The notes under the pieces: generated by a model
Told to the model about the DNA's origin: nothing
The model's database searches: none
The model's input: only the letters and a program-made list of their open reading frames with translations
Assembly: GCA_003221005.1 (NCBI GenBank)
Contig: QHTZ01000102.1
Coordinates: forward strand, 1-26,489
Reading direction: 5' to 3'
From: Gemmatimonadota bacterium
GTDB taxonomy: Bacteria > Gemmatimonadota > Gemmatimonadetes > Gemmatimonadales > GWC2-71-9
Length of the DNA stretch: 26,489 bases
Shown here: one piece after another, positions 1-9,273 of the stretch
Numbering within the stretch: the first letter of the stretch is position 1
Layout of the letters: each line of letters starts with the position of its first letter
Translations under genes and position numbers: made by a program

Positions 1-1206
1 AGAATCGCCGTCCTGGAGGCCGGTGCCGGCGTAGACCCAGCTCGAGCTGTTGGTCACAACGTAGGGCACCGTGCCCCCAAAGGCGATCGACGAGGTGAAC
101 TGGACGCCCTCGAGCGTTTGCTCGGGTCGATTGACCGGCGGATCACGGAATTCGACGGTGGTCGTCGGCCCCTGAACGGGATCGATGGCGGCGTCCTTGT
201 AGCAGACGATGACCCGATTGGCCGAGCCTGAGGCTGAAGCCTCGAATCGCATCTGCCAGGTGGCGGCGTCCGATGTGAAGAAACCGAGGTTCACTCCCGC
301 GTCGCGTGCGGCCGCGGCCGCGTCGAACATCTCGTTCGACCAGTACTCGTCGTGCGCCACGGACAGGAATCCTTTGCTGTTCAGCAGCGCGCCGCCGTTG
401 GCGTGCGTGTCCACATCGGTCGTGTACGTGACGTCATAGCCGTTGCGCTCGAGCCAGCGGACGTAATAGACCTCCCAGTAGAAGAACTGTCCCGACCCAT
501 TCGCTGTGTAGGGGCGGTCGAACGACACCTTGACCGCGCGTGGGTCTCCCGCGACGGTGTTGGCCCCGTAGCTGTTGTACGTGTAGAGGCTCTTGCCGGT
601 GACGCCGTCATTCGGGTAGTCGTTGTAGGCCTCGTACGTCGTGACCGCCTCCTGGTACAGAAGAGGCGCCGCGCGGCCGTCCTTGACCACGAAGAGCACG
701 TAGTTCTGGTACCCCTGCGCGTTCGTCAGCAGCGCGACATAAGTCCCGGTCGTCCAATCGCCGGGAACGGTCAGGGTGTAGCTCGAAGTCCAGTCACAGG
801 CGATCAGTCCCGTGCTGGGGTCGGTCGGGCACGCTGGCTGCGGCGTGCCGTCGAGCGGGCCGACGTGAAGGCGAAAGCGGCCCCCCAGGCCGCCGTACCA
901 GCCGATGCGATAGAAGTCGATCGTGTACGTCTGCGCAGGGTTGGTCGTGATGAAGAGCGCGATGCTCTGGTTCTGATTGACGCTGGTCGCAGAGGCATAA
1001 CCCTTGATCTGGCCGTTTGCGTCATCGGACTGCTGCGAGCCGATCAACCACGCTCCTGTACCGGGCTGCTGGTTCTCCGTGACGATCGGGTTGGTGGCTG
1101 CCAGCGCCGGCTTCACGGCATTCGGGGCGGCCGGGCCGAACAGGATGAGCGCGAGCAACATCGCGATCAGTAATCTGCCGCCGCCGGCTCTCACCCTTCC
1201 GTTCAC
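1..1206 (-). CDS. Secreted N,N-dimethylformamidase beta-subunit-like (DUF6605-type) protein, partial (3' end runs off the left edge)
   Basis: Absent from the ORF track because it has no stop in the window. Manual translation from GTG 1206 (alternative GTG 1194) gives a signal peptide (RLLIAMLLALILFGPAAPNAVKPALA), then TNPIVTENQQPG, IKGYASATSV, FYRIGWYGGLGGR, TTYEAYNDY, GKSLY, VSFDRPY, RWLERNGYDVTY and SVAHDEYWS, which are typical of this family. Confidence 0.85.
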   Translation of the reverse strand, partial: MNGRVRAGGGRLLIAMLLALILFGPAAPNAVKPALAATNPIVTENQQPGTGAWLIGSQQSDDANGQIKGYASATSVNQNQSIALFITTNPAQTYTIDFYRIGWYGGLGGRFRLHVGPLDGTPQPACPTDPSTGLIACDWTSSYTLTVPGDWTTGTYVALLTNAQGYQNYVLFVVKDGRAAPLLYQEAVTTYEAYNDYPNDGVTGKSLYTYNSYGANTVAGDPRAVKVSFDRPYTANGSGQFFYWEVYYVRWLERNGYDVTYTTDVDTHANGGALLNSKGFLSVAHDEYWSNEMFDAAAAARDAGVNLGFFTSDAATWQMRFEASASGSANRVIVCYKDAAIDPVQGPTTTVEFRDPPVNRPEQTLEGVQFTSSIAFGGTVPYVVTNSSSWVYAGTGLQDGDS

Positions 1207-1256
1207 GAGCGCATGCCACCTCGACGCGGACATGTCGCCATCTCGGCGCCGGACAT
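1203..1256 (-). CDS. Putative leaderless upstream peptide, 17 aa (MSGAEMATCPRRGGMRS)
   Basis: ATG at 1256 lies 7 nt after a TAAAGT -10 box; its TGA overlaps the GTG start at 1206 (GTGA). Confidence 0.4.
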   Translation of the reverse strand: MSGAEMATCPRRGGMRS

Positions 1257-1263
1257 TGATTCG

Positions 1264-1297
1264 ACTTTATGTGGCGGACCGGCGTCTGAAAATGAGC
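1264..1297 (-). promoter_or_regulatory. Putative promoter GCTCATTTT-N19-TAAAGT
   Basis: Same spacing as the motif at 5112, 10091 and 13872; GGGACT begins 28 nt upstream (1325, minus strand). Confidence 0.6.
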
Positions 1298-1345
1298 CAG
1301 GTTGCCGATTGGCGCCCAGAGTCCCGGAGGCGAGCGGGACAAACA

Positions 1346-1379
1346 CCCCATCGCGCCCTTCCAGTCATCGAGGTAGCGT
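1346..1379 (+). promoter_or_regulatory. Putative leaderless promoter CCCCATCGC-N19-TAGCGT
   Basis: CCCAT core at the conserved spacing; the in-frame GTG of the aminotransferase lies 7 nt after the -10 box. Confidence 0.5.
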
Positions 1380-1386
1380 CAAGACA

Positions 1387-2538
1387 GTGCTCAGAGGTCT
1401 CCGGCCCGAGGCTGCTCGCGTCACCCTGAACAGCCATGTGGCCTTCGTCGATCTTCGTGCGCAGACGCGTGCGCTGCACCCGGCACTGATCGCTGCGATC
1501 GAGACGGTGTTGAGCCGCGGGGACTACGTTCTGGGCGATGACCTGGAGCGCTTCGAGGCCGAGTTCGCGGCCTTCTGCGGGACCGGCCATGCCGTTGGCG
1601 TCGATTCCGGCCTCTCGGCGCTCGAGCTCGCCCTGCGCGCGGCAGATATCGGACCGGGGGACGAGGTCATCACCCAGGCAAACACCTTTATCGCCACCGT
1701 CGCGGCGATCCTTGCGGTGGGGGCGCGACCCGTCCTGAGTGATTGCGACGAGCAGGGCGGAATGGATCCGGCGGCCGTCGAGGCCTGCGTCTCGCCGCGC
1801 ACGCGGGCCGTCGTCCCAGTCCATCTCTTCGGCCGCATCGGAGAGATCGAGGTGATCCTGGCGCTGGCCGCGACACACGGCCTCGCGGTGATCGAAGATG
1901 CCTGTCAGGCGCACGGGGCCGTGTGGCTTGGCAAACGGGCGGGCAGCTTCGGCCTCGCCGGCGCGTTCAGCTTCTATCCCTCCAAGAACCTCGGCGCATT
2001 CGGCGATGGTGGAATGCTGGTCACGAACTCCGCGGCGCTCGCAGACAAGGTGCGACTCCTGCGGTCCTACGGCCAGCGGGTCAAGTACGTGCATGAGACG
2101 ACTCCGATGAACCATCGCCTGGATACGCTGCAAGCCGCGATTCTTCGGGTCAAGCTTCCGCACCTCGACAGCTGGAACTATCGCCGGCGCAGGCTCGCGG
2201 CCTCGTACATGGAGCGCCTTGGCGGCCTGCCGATCGGACTCCCCTGGGCCGAAGAGGACGGACGCCACGTCTATCACCTGTTCGTCATCGACGTGGACCG
2301 CCGCGACGAACTCCGCGCCGCCCTGGCATCGGACGGCATCGAGACCGGCATTCACTACCCCGTCCCGCTTCACCGCCAGCCTGCTCTGGCGGCGCTCGGC
2401 TATCGAGAGGGCGCTTTCCCCCGCACCGAACGCCTGGCCGAACGCAGCCTCTCCCTGCCCATGTACCCCGAGCTCCCGGTGGACCACCTGGAGCACGTCG
2501 CCACCTCGATCCGCCACTTGGTTGAAGGTTGGGCTTGA
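1387..2538 (+). CDS. DegT/DnrJ/EryC1/StrS-family PLP-dependent nucleotide-sugar aminotransferase
   Basis: VAFVDL, GPGDEVI, VIEDACQAHGA, FSFYPSKNLGAFGDGG (PLP lysine), HVYHLFVI, GIHYPVPLH, LSLPMYP. Start set at GTG 1387 (leaderless position); GTG 1438 is an alternative and ATG 1213 is probably too far upstream. Confidence 0.93.
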   Translation: MLRGLRPEAARVTLNSHVAFVDLRAQTRALHPALIAAIETVLSRGDYVLGDDLERFEAEFAAFCGTGHAVGVDSGLSALELALRAADIGPGDEVITQANTFIATVAAILAVGARPVLSDCDEQGGMDPAAVEACVSPRTRAVVPVHLFGRIGEIEVILALAATHGLAVIEDACQAHGAVWLGKRAGSFGLAGAFSFYPSKNLGAFGDGGMLVTNSAALADKVRLLRSYGQRVKYVHETTPMNHRLDTLQAAILRVKLPHLDSWNYRRRRLAASYMERLGGLPIGLPWAEEDGRHVYHLFVIDVDRRDELRAALASDGIETGIHYPVPLHRQPALAALGYREGAFPRTERLAERSLSLPMYPELPVDHLEHVATSIRHLVEGWA

Positions 2539-2542
2539 GGCT

Positions 2543-4136
2543 TCAGCCGCAGGAGGCGGTGCCAGCAGCGTAGAGGTCGTAGATTCGAATGACCTCTCTG
2601 CCCTGACTTGCTCGAAGAATCTGCTCGCGTTTCAGGAGCACGGCGTCGTAGCCCACATGCTGGCTGTCGGCGTCCTCGAGAAACTGCAGGCGTGACCAAT
2701 CGGCCGGGTCGTTGAATTCTGCAGCGGGCCGGCCGCACCCGAGCAGCTGGGCGAAGATCGGGCTCGCGCTCATCAGGAGGGCATGGGCGTCCACGACCAC
2801 CCAGCGCGCGCCGTCATGGCGCAGGCTCTCGATGGTCGAATCGCCGGCCGGCGTCACGATCCTGTGCCCGGGATCGAGCCCGGCGACGACGTCCCATCTC
2901 TGTTCGGTGTAGGCGACGTATACCGGGCCGCGAGTCGTCACGATCGGGCCAGGGTGTGCGGCCAGCCACCGGCCGGCCTGCGCGGTGCCGCTCGCGTCTC
3001 GTGCGAAGCTGCTTTCCGTCCAGCCGGTCACGAGACATGTCCCACAGAGCGTGAGGGCGACGGTCCACTGCAGCGCAGGGCTCCTCAGCAGCGTTACACC
3101 CCGGGCGATGACCAGCGCGGCGAACGGGACGCAGGCGACGATCGCCCGCGGCGCCTTGTCGTGAGCGGCGCTGAAGAAAAGGAGGGTGCCGACCATGCTC
3201 CCGATCGCGATCGCGGCCAGGGGATCGAGTCTCCTCCAGCTCCACAGGCAGGCGACCAAACCGCCGCCTGCGAGCAGGAGCGTCGGCCCTCCGAACTCCC
3301 AGAGCGTGCGGACGTAGAAATCTGGGAAGGCGAAGGGAAGGGCCGATTCAGCACCGGAGCGAATGAACTGCCGGCTCAGCAGAGCAGGCAAATGCGGGAG
3401 TCCGACGGCAGCCGCCCCGACAAGCAGCATGTATGTCCCCACGATGGCCACGGTGGGAACCAGGCACAGGAGCCCCAACCGTCCGATCGGCGCCCTCGGC
3501 GGCAGGTCATGACGCCGGTACCACCATGTCAGCCAGCCGAGCACCAGGACGATCGGCAGCAGGGCGGGCAGAAGGCGGTAGTTGAAGCTCAGGGTCGCCA
3601 CGATCGTGACAACGGTCAGCATGGCGAGCGTTCTCGAAGGTCGGGCATCCCACCAGCGGTCCAGGAGCAAGAGCACCAGCGCCAGGCCGGCCAGGCAGGC
3701 GGCGTCGGAGACGACCCGATGTCCGTAGACGATGCTCAGCGGCACCGCCGCTGCGAAGACACCGGCGACGGCGGCCGCGGGAGCGCCCCAGCGTCTCTCG
3801 GCTAGCGCCGCCAGCGCCGCCACCATCACGAGGCCGGCCAGGGCGCTGATCCAGGTCAGGTTCTCAGGCGCTACGCCGGCCGCCAAGCGTGATCCATTGC
3901 TGGGGGTGAGTCAGGACCGCCACCAGGAAGCGGCCGTTCGACAGCGACCAGCCTTCGTCGTACGCCACCGGCCCTCCACCCGGCAGCCCCCACGCGCGCA
4001 CGGCGACGGCCGACAGCAGAAGCGATCCGACGGCAATCATCTTTGCCAGCTGCGAATTGGGCACCGCACGAACGTCCGGGCCCGCGGTCCGAACCCGCCC
4101 CGCCCGTATGGATGAGGCGGCCGCGGAATTTTTCAC
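2543..4136 (-). pseudogene. GT-C superfamily (ArnT/PMT-like) membrane glycosyltransferase interrupted by a frameshift near 3866-3910
   Basis: The N-terminal part (GTG 4136, overlapping the upstream TAG, to TGA 3864) carries a first TM helix and YDEG. The multi-TM remainder (3886-2543; VVSDAACL, LSFNYRLLP, DKAPRAIVACVPF) is in a different frame. Confidence 0.7.
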
Positions 4137-5023
4137 TATCGCGGGATAGGCGGGCCGTGTTTGAGCGCCGGCCAGCCGCCGTTGAGAATGTCGACGCGGC
4201 TGTAGACGGCCAGACGCGTGCCGACGATGTGGAAGACCGGTCGATCCACGAGCGGTGAGAGCTCGTTTACGACTCTGTAGATGCCCGGGTAGTAGAGGTA
4301 ATCGTCCCAGACGATCGTGCCTCGATCGGACAGCATCCTGAAGGCCGCGTCGGTATCCGACCTGACGTAGTCCATGCTGTGGCTTCCGTCGATGAAGACG
4401 AGATCGATCTTGCCGTGGTACGGCGAGAAATCGAACGTCGCCGAATCCCCGAAGAGTTGTGTGATCCTGCCGGCTTCTGGGGTGCCACGGAACCGCGCGC
4501 CGCGGTCCCACACGACGAAGTACTCGGGGTCCGTGACCTCGTACTTGAGGTGATCGACGGCGTCAAGGGTGGGCAGATCGAGCGTGAAGACGTGGGCATC
4601 GGGATTGTTGTGAGCCAGAAGCCAGGTGGTCTGTCCGAGGTACGTCCCGATTTCGAACACGTTCCGGCACTCGAGGAGCTTGCACAGAGCGCCGAGAACC
4701 AGACGGCAGTGGCGCGTGACGTCTCCCTCGACCAGGGTGGTATCCATCCGGAGATCCGCGAGGTCGACGTTCAGGACGCCTGGCGCGAGAAAGCGCTGTA
4801 GCTCTAGCCAGATGTGCCCGAGCAGACGGTATCTGGATCCGTGCCCGCCCGTGATAAGAGTCCGGGCGAGACCGGCTGAGATCGACCCGATCAAGTAACG
4901 GTTGTCCCACAGCCGGGGTCCAACCTGCTGGCCGTTGAGCCGGCGCGCAAGGCGGCCGGGAGTAAGGCGCAAGAGATCGTCCGCCTTGCGGGACTGGTGG
5001 TCGCCGTGCGCTGCACGCAGCAC
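4136..5023 (-). CDS. Class I SAM-dependent (O-)methyltransferase, Methyltransf_24-like
   Basis: VFEIGTYLGQTT, VFTLD, QLFGDSATFDF, DLVFIDGSHSMDYVRSD, GTIVWDDY. GTG 5023 lies 8 nt after a TAACCT -10 box. Confidence 0.88.
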   Translation of the reverse strand: MLRAAHGDHQSRKADDLLRLTPGRLARRLNGQQVGPRLWDNRYLIGSISAGLARTLITGGHGSRYRLLGHIWLELQRFLAPGVLNVDLADLRMDTTLVEGDVTRHCRLVLGALCKLLECRNVFEIGTYLGQTTWLLAHNNPDAHVFTLDLPTLDAVDHLKYEVTDPEYFVVWDRGARFRGTPEAGRITQLFGDSATFDFSPYHGKIDLVFIDGSHSMDYVRSDTDAAFRMLSDRGTIVWDDYLYYPGIYRVVNELSPLVDRPVFHIVGTRLAVYSRVDILNGGWPALKHGPPIPR

Positions 5024-5031
5024 TACGACCG

Positions 5032-5066
5032 AGGTTAGGTCCGCGCCTGGGAGAGCCTCAAGGGGA
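5032..5066 (-). promoter_or_regulatory. Putative promoter TCCCCTTGA-N20-TAACCT (weaker motif match)
   Basis: TANNNT box 8 nt before the methyltransferase GTG; only a partial match to the shared upstream element. Confidence 0.4.
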
Positions 5067-5111
5067 CATTAGCCTTCTGTCTGGGACTGGGCGGTCCGCC
5101 CGCTTCGCGTT

Positions 5112-5145
5112 GCCCATTTCGGCGCCCTGTGATCAGCCCTAGCGT
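5112..5145 (+). promoter_or_regulatory. Putative promoter GCCCATTTC-N19-TAGCGT
   Basis: Exact 9-mer and spacing shared with 10091 and 13872; GGGACTG at 5083, 29 nt upstream. Confidence 0.62.
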
Positions 5146-5194
5146 CGTTTGCGAAAGCAATTTTTCGTCACCCCTGTCTCACCGCATCGTCAAC

Positions 5195-6358
5195 ATGAAC
5201 CCACACCCGGTCGTGGTCATCGGCGCCGGGCCATACGGCCTTTCCGTGGCTGCCCACCTGAGAGCAGCGGGCATTCCCACTCTCGTCTTCGGCCAGCCCA
5301 TGGCCTTCTGGCAGCGCATGCCGCGCGGAATGAACCTCCGCTCGGCATGGAGCGCTACGAGCCTCTCAGCTCCTGGCGGAGCCTATAGCCTCGACAGCTA
5401 CCGGGCCACCGTGGGAGCTCCGCAGCAGCTTCCAATTCCGCTGCCCTTCTTCATCGACTATGGCCTCTGGTTTCAGCAGCACGCCGTCCCGGACGTCGAC
5501 CCGACGCAAGTCCAGCTGCTGAGCAGCGAGGACGGTGGGTTCCGCGTCGAGCTCGCCGACGGGCGAACCGTTCGCGCGTCGCGTGCAGTGGTCGCCGTTG
5601 GCATCGACACCTTCGAGCACATTCCGGAGTTCGCCAGCTGCCTTCCCGCATCTCACGCGTCGCACACGCGCGAACACCGAGATTTCAGTCGATTCAGCGG
5701 AGCCAGCGTTGCGGTGGTCGGCGGCGGCCAGAGCGCAATCGAGTCGGCGGCGCTGTTGAACGAGGCCGGCGCGCGGGTCGAGCTGATTGCGCGAGCGGGC
5801 CTGCGATGGCTCAAGCTCCACGACTACCGCGGTCCGGGACGGCGGATCCTGTACGCGCCAAGTGACGTAGGGCCTCCTGGCCTGAACTGGCTGCTGCATT
5901 TCCCGCTCGCCTTCCGCCTTCTTCCGGACAACACCAGAAGCGCGATCACGAGGCGGGCTGTACGGCCTGCGGGCGCGCGCTGGCTCATCGAGCGGGTGGT
6001 CGGGCACGTCCGCCTGACCACCCACACCTCGGTGGTGGAAGCGATTCCGGACGCGCGTGGCGTCTATCTCGATCTGAGCGACGGCACGACGCGCCTGGTG
6101 GACCACCTGGTCCTTGGAACCGGCTACAGGCCAGCCGTGGAGAAGGTGCCCTTCATCGCTCCCTCGCTCCGGGATCGGATCCGCGAGCGGGGTGGGTTCC
6201 CCGTTCTCAACCGGTGGTTGGCATCGTCCGTTCCGGGCCTTCACTTCGTCGGCGCTCTGGCGGACGGCAGCTACGGCCCGATCTGCCGGTTTGTCTCGGG
6301 CGCGGACGTGGCCGCTCGCCAGATCGCCGCCTACGCCGCTCGAGAGCCGGCCGCGTGA
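5195..6358 (+). CDS. FAD/NAD(P)-dependent oxidoreductase (flavin monooxygenase-like)
   Basis: Two Rossmann motifs (VIGAGPYGLS; VAVVGGGQSAIESA), LVLGTGY and SSVPGLHFVG. ATG 5195 preferred over GTG 5129. Confidence 0.88.
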   Translation: MNPHPVVVIGAGPYGLSVAAHLRAAGIPTLVFGQPMAFWQRMPRGMNLRSAWSATSLSAPGGAYSLDSYRATVGAPQQLPIPLPFFIDYGLWFQQHAVPDVDPTQVQLLSSEDGGFRVELADGRTVRASRAVVAVGIDTFEHIPEFASCLPASHASHTREHRDFSRFSGASVAVVGGGQSAIESAALLNEAGARVELIARAGLRWLKLHDYRGPGRRILYAPSDVGPPGLNWLLHFPLAFRLLPDNTRSAITRRAVRPAGARWLIERVVGHVRLTTHTSVVEAIPDARGVYLDLSDGTTRLVDHLVLGTGYRPAVEKVPFIAPSLRDRIRERGGFPVLNRWLASSVPGLHFVGALADGSYGPICRFVSGADVAARQIAAYAAREPAA

Positions 6359-7530
6359 ACCGCGCCGACGGCGTCGGCGCCGTCGTCGTTGGAGGTGACT
6401 ACCAGGGTCTCGGGATCGTCCGCAGCCTCGGGCGGCGCGGCCTGCCGGTGTGCGTGATCGACGACGAGCGCTCGATCTCGCCGCACTCCCGATACACGAC
6501 CCACGCCGTGCGAGTGCCCAGCCTTCGCGACCAGGACCGATCGGTGGACGTGATACTCGAGGTCGGCAGCAGGCTCCGTCTCGACGGCTGGGTTCTGTTC
6601 CCCACCAGGGAGGAGACGGTCGCTGCGTTTTCCCGGCACCGGGATCGCCTCCGCGAACGATTTCGGGTGCCGACTTGCGGGTGGGATGCCGTGCGGTGGG
6701 CGTGGGACAAGCGCAACACCTACAGGCTGGCTCAGCAGCTGGGCATTCCCGTCCCGCGGACGTGGTATCCGAAGTCGATAGCCGACCTCCGGGATGTCGA
6801 CGCGGAGCCTCCGTTCGCGATCAAACCGGCGATCAAGGAACACTTCTTCTACGCCACGAAGGCGAAGGCATGGAAAGCCCGCACCCGAACCGAGCTGGAG
6901 GATCTTTTTCGGCGCGCTGCTTCCGTGGCCGGGCTCGGTGAGGTGATGGTCCAGGAATTCATTCCTGGGGATGGTTCGCAGCAGTTCGCCTGCTGCGTCT
7001 TCTTCAAACGCGGCACCGCCGTCGGCCAGATGGTGGTGCGGAGGCTGCGCCAGCACCCACCTGATTTCGGACGCGCCAGCACCTACGTGGAGACGATGGA
7101 CGTGCCGCTGCTGGAGAGCCTTTCTCACAGGCTTCTCCGGGCAGTGGACTACTACGGTCTAGCCGAGCTGGAGTACAAGCTCGACCCGCGAGACGGCCAG
7201 TACAAGCTGCTCGATTTCAATGCCCGGACCTGGGGGTATCACTCGCTCGGAGGCCGGGCGGGCGTGGATTTCCCGTATCTGCTTTTCGCCGACCAGATCG
7301 GCTGCGCCCCCGATCCGTGTCGCGCGCGGGCCGGCGTCCGTTGGGTCCGCATCCTGACCGACCTGCCCACAGCACTGTCGACGCTCGCCGGTGGCAAGCT
7401 GGCGTGGCGATCCTATGTGAACTCGCTCCGGATCGCGCACACCGAAGCCGTGTTCAGTCGGGACGATCCCATGCCGGGGCTGGCCGAGATCGCCTTGCTT
7501 CCATATCTATGGGTGAAGCGGGGCTTTTAG
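6355..7530 (+). CDS. ATP-grasp ligase (D-aspartate ligase-like carboxylate-amine ligase)
   Basis: GLGIVRSLGRRGLPV, WVLFPT, DKRNTY, PFAIKP, VMVQEFIPG, YGLAELEYKLDPRDGQYKLLDFNAR. GTG 6355 overlaps the upstream stop (GTGA). Confidence 0.88.
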   Translation: MNRADGVGAVVVGGDYQGLGIVRSLGRRGLPVCVIDDERSISPHSRYTTHAVRVPSLRDQDRSVDVILEVGSRLRLDGWVLFPTREETVAAFSRHRDRLRERFRVPTCGWDAVRWAWDKRNTYRLAQQLGIPVPRTWYPKSIADLRDVDAEPPFAIKPAIKEHFFYATKAKAWKARTRTELEDLFRRAASVAGLGEVMVQEFIPGDGSQQFACCVFFKRGTAVGQMVVRRLRQHPPDFGRASTYVETMDVPLLESLSHRLLRAVDYYGLAELEYKLDPRDGQYKLLDFNARTWGYHSLGGRAGVDFPYLLFADQIGCAPDPCRARAGVRWVRILTDLPTALSTLAGGKLAWRSYVNSLRIAHTEAVFSRDDPMPGLAEIALLPYLWVKRGF

Positions 7531-8306
7531 TCGTCAGGCTTGCGGGCAACGGCAAAAAGAAAGCAGCCAAAGAGCGATGGCGCCGTTGTCTCCAGCACTC
7601 GGTAGAGACTCGATGTCCGCAGGTCTCGGCCGGCTCGCAGGCGCCGTCCCATCCATGGAAGATCACCGAGCAGGCTCCCCGAATGCCCGCCCACTCGAAT
7701 CGACTGGAATCCGCACCAGGTGAGAAGCCGGCGCAGGGCCCCGGCGTTGAAGAAACGGATGTGTGGATCGGCCCACGGCCGCTCGACCGCCAGACCGTAT
7801 CCGAACGGGTTCCACCGGCCGAGGAGCGCGAGGTCCAGCCGCCTTCTCCAGTAGGCGACGTTGGGCGTGGTGACGATCAGCGTCCCTCCCGGACTCAGGA
7901 CACGCAGGATCTCCTGGATGCTTCGGTCGGGCAAGAAGACGTGCTCGATCACTTCGAGGCAAAGGACGACGTCGAAGGAGTTGTCTGCGAACGGAAGGTG
8001 GTCAGACCCCTTGATCAGCCGAGCGTCAAGAGCCCGACCTCGAGCCGCCGCAACAGCTCGTTGAGAGATGTCGACGCCGATATAGGCGCCGCCGCATCCG
8101 GTCACCACGGTCCCGGCCCTGCCGTCGCCGCAGCCCACGTCGAGGCAGCGCGCGCCCGGATACACGTGTTGCCGGAGCAGCATCTCGACCTTGCGGGGGG
8201 CCCGTTGGTCGGGTCGTTCGAAGGGCCGCCAGTAAACGTCGTAGTAGGTGTCGTAGTACTGCCGGAGCTCCGCGGCGGGTTCTTCGGCCGCGGGCTCAGA
8301 CGCCAT
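7527..8306 (-). CDS. Class I SAM-dependent methyltransferase (Methyltransf_11-like)
   Basis: CLDVGCGDG, YIGVDIS, LPFADNSFDVVLCLEVIEHV, PGGTLIVTTPN, HIRFF. ATG 8306 overlaps the GT2 3' end; the upstream part of the track ORF is a shadow of the GT2 gene. Confidence 0.9.
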   Translation of the reverse strand: MASEPAAEEPAAELRQYYDTYYDVYWRPFERPDQRAPRKVEMLLRQHVYPGARCLDVGCGDGRAGTVVTGCGGAYIGVDISQRAVAAARGRALDARLIKGSDHLPFADNSFDVVLCLEVIEHVFLPDRSIQEILRVLSPGGTLIVTTPNVAYWRRRLDLALLGRWNPFGYGLAVERPWADPHIRFFNAGALRRLLTWCGFQSIRVGGHSGSLLGDLPWMGRRLRAGRDLRTSSLYRVLETTAPSLFGCFLFAVARKPDD

Positions 8307-9273
8307 CAGGGCGCGCCTCCGCTCTGATCCCCGAACCGATTTCTCGAGATATCCCGCCCACCCTGTAGAAGCGGCGCACAAGTCGAGCCGCGAACACCTG
8401 CGCCGGCCGCACTTTGATGACATCGGCCGTCTCAAGCCCCGTGGTGAGCAGACGACCGAGCCGGTCCATCGCGCCCGAGCTCCAGCGCCAGCCCCGCGCC
8501 ACGCACCAGTCGAACGGTCCGCGGAGTGTCCCACCGGAAAACGCCTCCAGGGCCAGGCCGTGCTTTCGCGCCACGCGGACCACGGCGCGGCCTTCGCTGA
8601 ACGCGTGCTGCCCGTAGCGATGGGGGCTGACGGCGTGCATGTGGTAGGCAAGTGCTCGCGGCTCGAAGACGAAGGGGATGCCGAGAGCGGCGACGCGAAG
8701 GCCCAGGTCGGTGTCCTCGCCGCCATACGCCCGGAAGGTCTCGTCCCAGCCACCGACCGCGAGCCAGGTGTCACGGCGGATGGAGAAGTTGCCGCCCCAC
8801 ACGTGCCACGAAGCCGAGCCGTTGGTGACGAGCGCCGACATAGAGGCGCGCCGAGACCGCTCATACACGAGCGAGGCTCCACAGCTGCCATGGCTTGGGG
8901 CGAGCGGATAGTCTCCTTGCACCAGTACCGGACCAAGTCGTTCATGCGCCTCGAGGTGGGCGGCGACCAGATCTGGCGACGCCAGCTGATCATCTCCGAG
9001 AACGATCAGGACGTCGTAGCGCGCGCGGCGGCCCGCGGCGTTGGCGGCCACCACCGCGCCGCCGTTCTGCTGATAGAGCCAGCGCAGTTTGTAGGCGGGC
9101 TGCATTCCAGCCAGCGCGGCGACGGTCCCGTCGGTCGACCCGTCCACCGCCACGATCACCTCATAGCGTTCCGGTGGCACGGACTGATGCTCCAGGCTGG
9201 CCAGCGTCTCGAGAAGCACCGCACGACGGTTGTAGGTCGGGATGGTGATCGACGCTCGAAGGTCAGCCGTCAG
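8296..9273 (-). CDS. GT2-family glycosyltransferase, probable CTG start
   Basis: ASITIPTYNRR lies in frame upstream of the track start (9219); also EVIVAVDGSTDGT, VLIVLGDD, WGGNFSIRR, VGGWDETF and YGGEDTDLGLR. CTG 9273 overlaps the upstream TGA. Confidence 0.9.
   Translation of the reverse strand: MTADLRASITIPTYNRRAVLLETLASLEHQSVPPERYEVIVAVDGSTDGTVAALAGMQPAYKLRWLYQQNGGAVVAANAAGRRARYDVLIVLGDDQLASPDLVAAHLEAHERLGPVLVQGDYPLAPSHGSCGASLVYERSRRASMSALVTNGSASWHVWGGNFSIRRDTWLAVGGWDETFRAYGGEDTDLGLRVAALGIPFVFEPRALAYHMHAVSPHRYGQHAFSEGRAVVRVARKHGLALEAFSGGTLRGPFDWCVARGWRWSSGAMDRLGRLLTTGLETADVIKVRPAQVFAARLVRRFYRVGGISREIGSGIRAEARPDGV

Noticed and set aside
352-1173. 273-aa plus-strand ORF
   Set aside because: Antisense shadow of the DMFase-like gene; no recognisable motifs.
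5149-5160. TTGC-GAAA-GCAA mini-hairpin
   Set aside because: Four-bp stem straddling the predicted TSS; not enough for a terminator or structured RNA.
8307-8993. Long N-terminal extension of the methyltransferase ORF
   Set aside because: Lies inside the GT2 gene in another frame; ATG 8306 gives a normal-sized protein.
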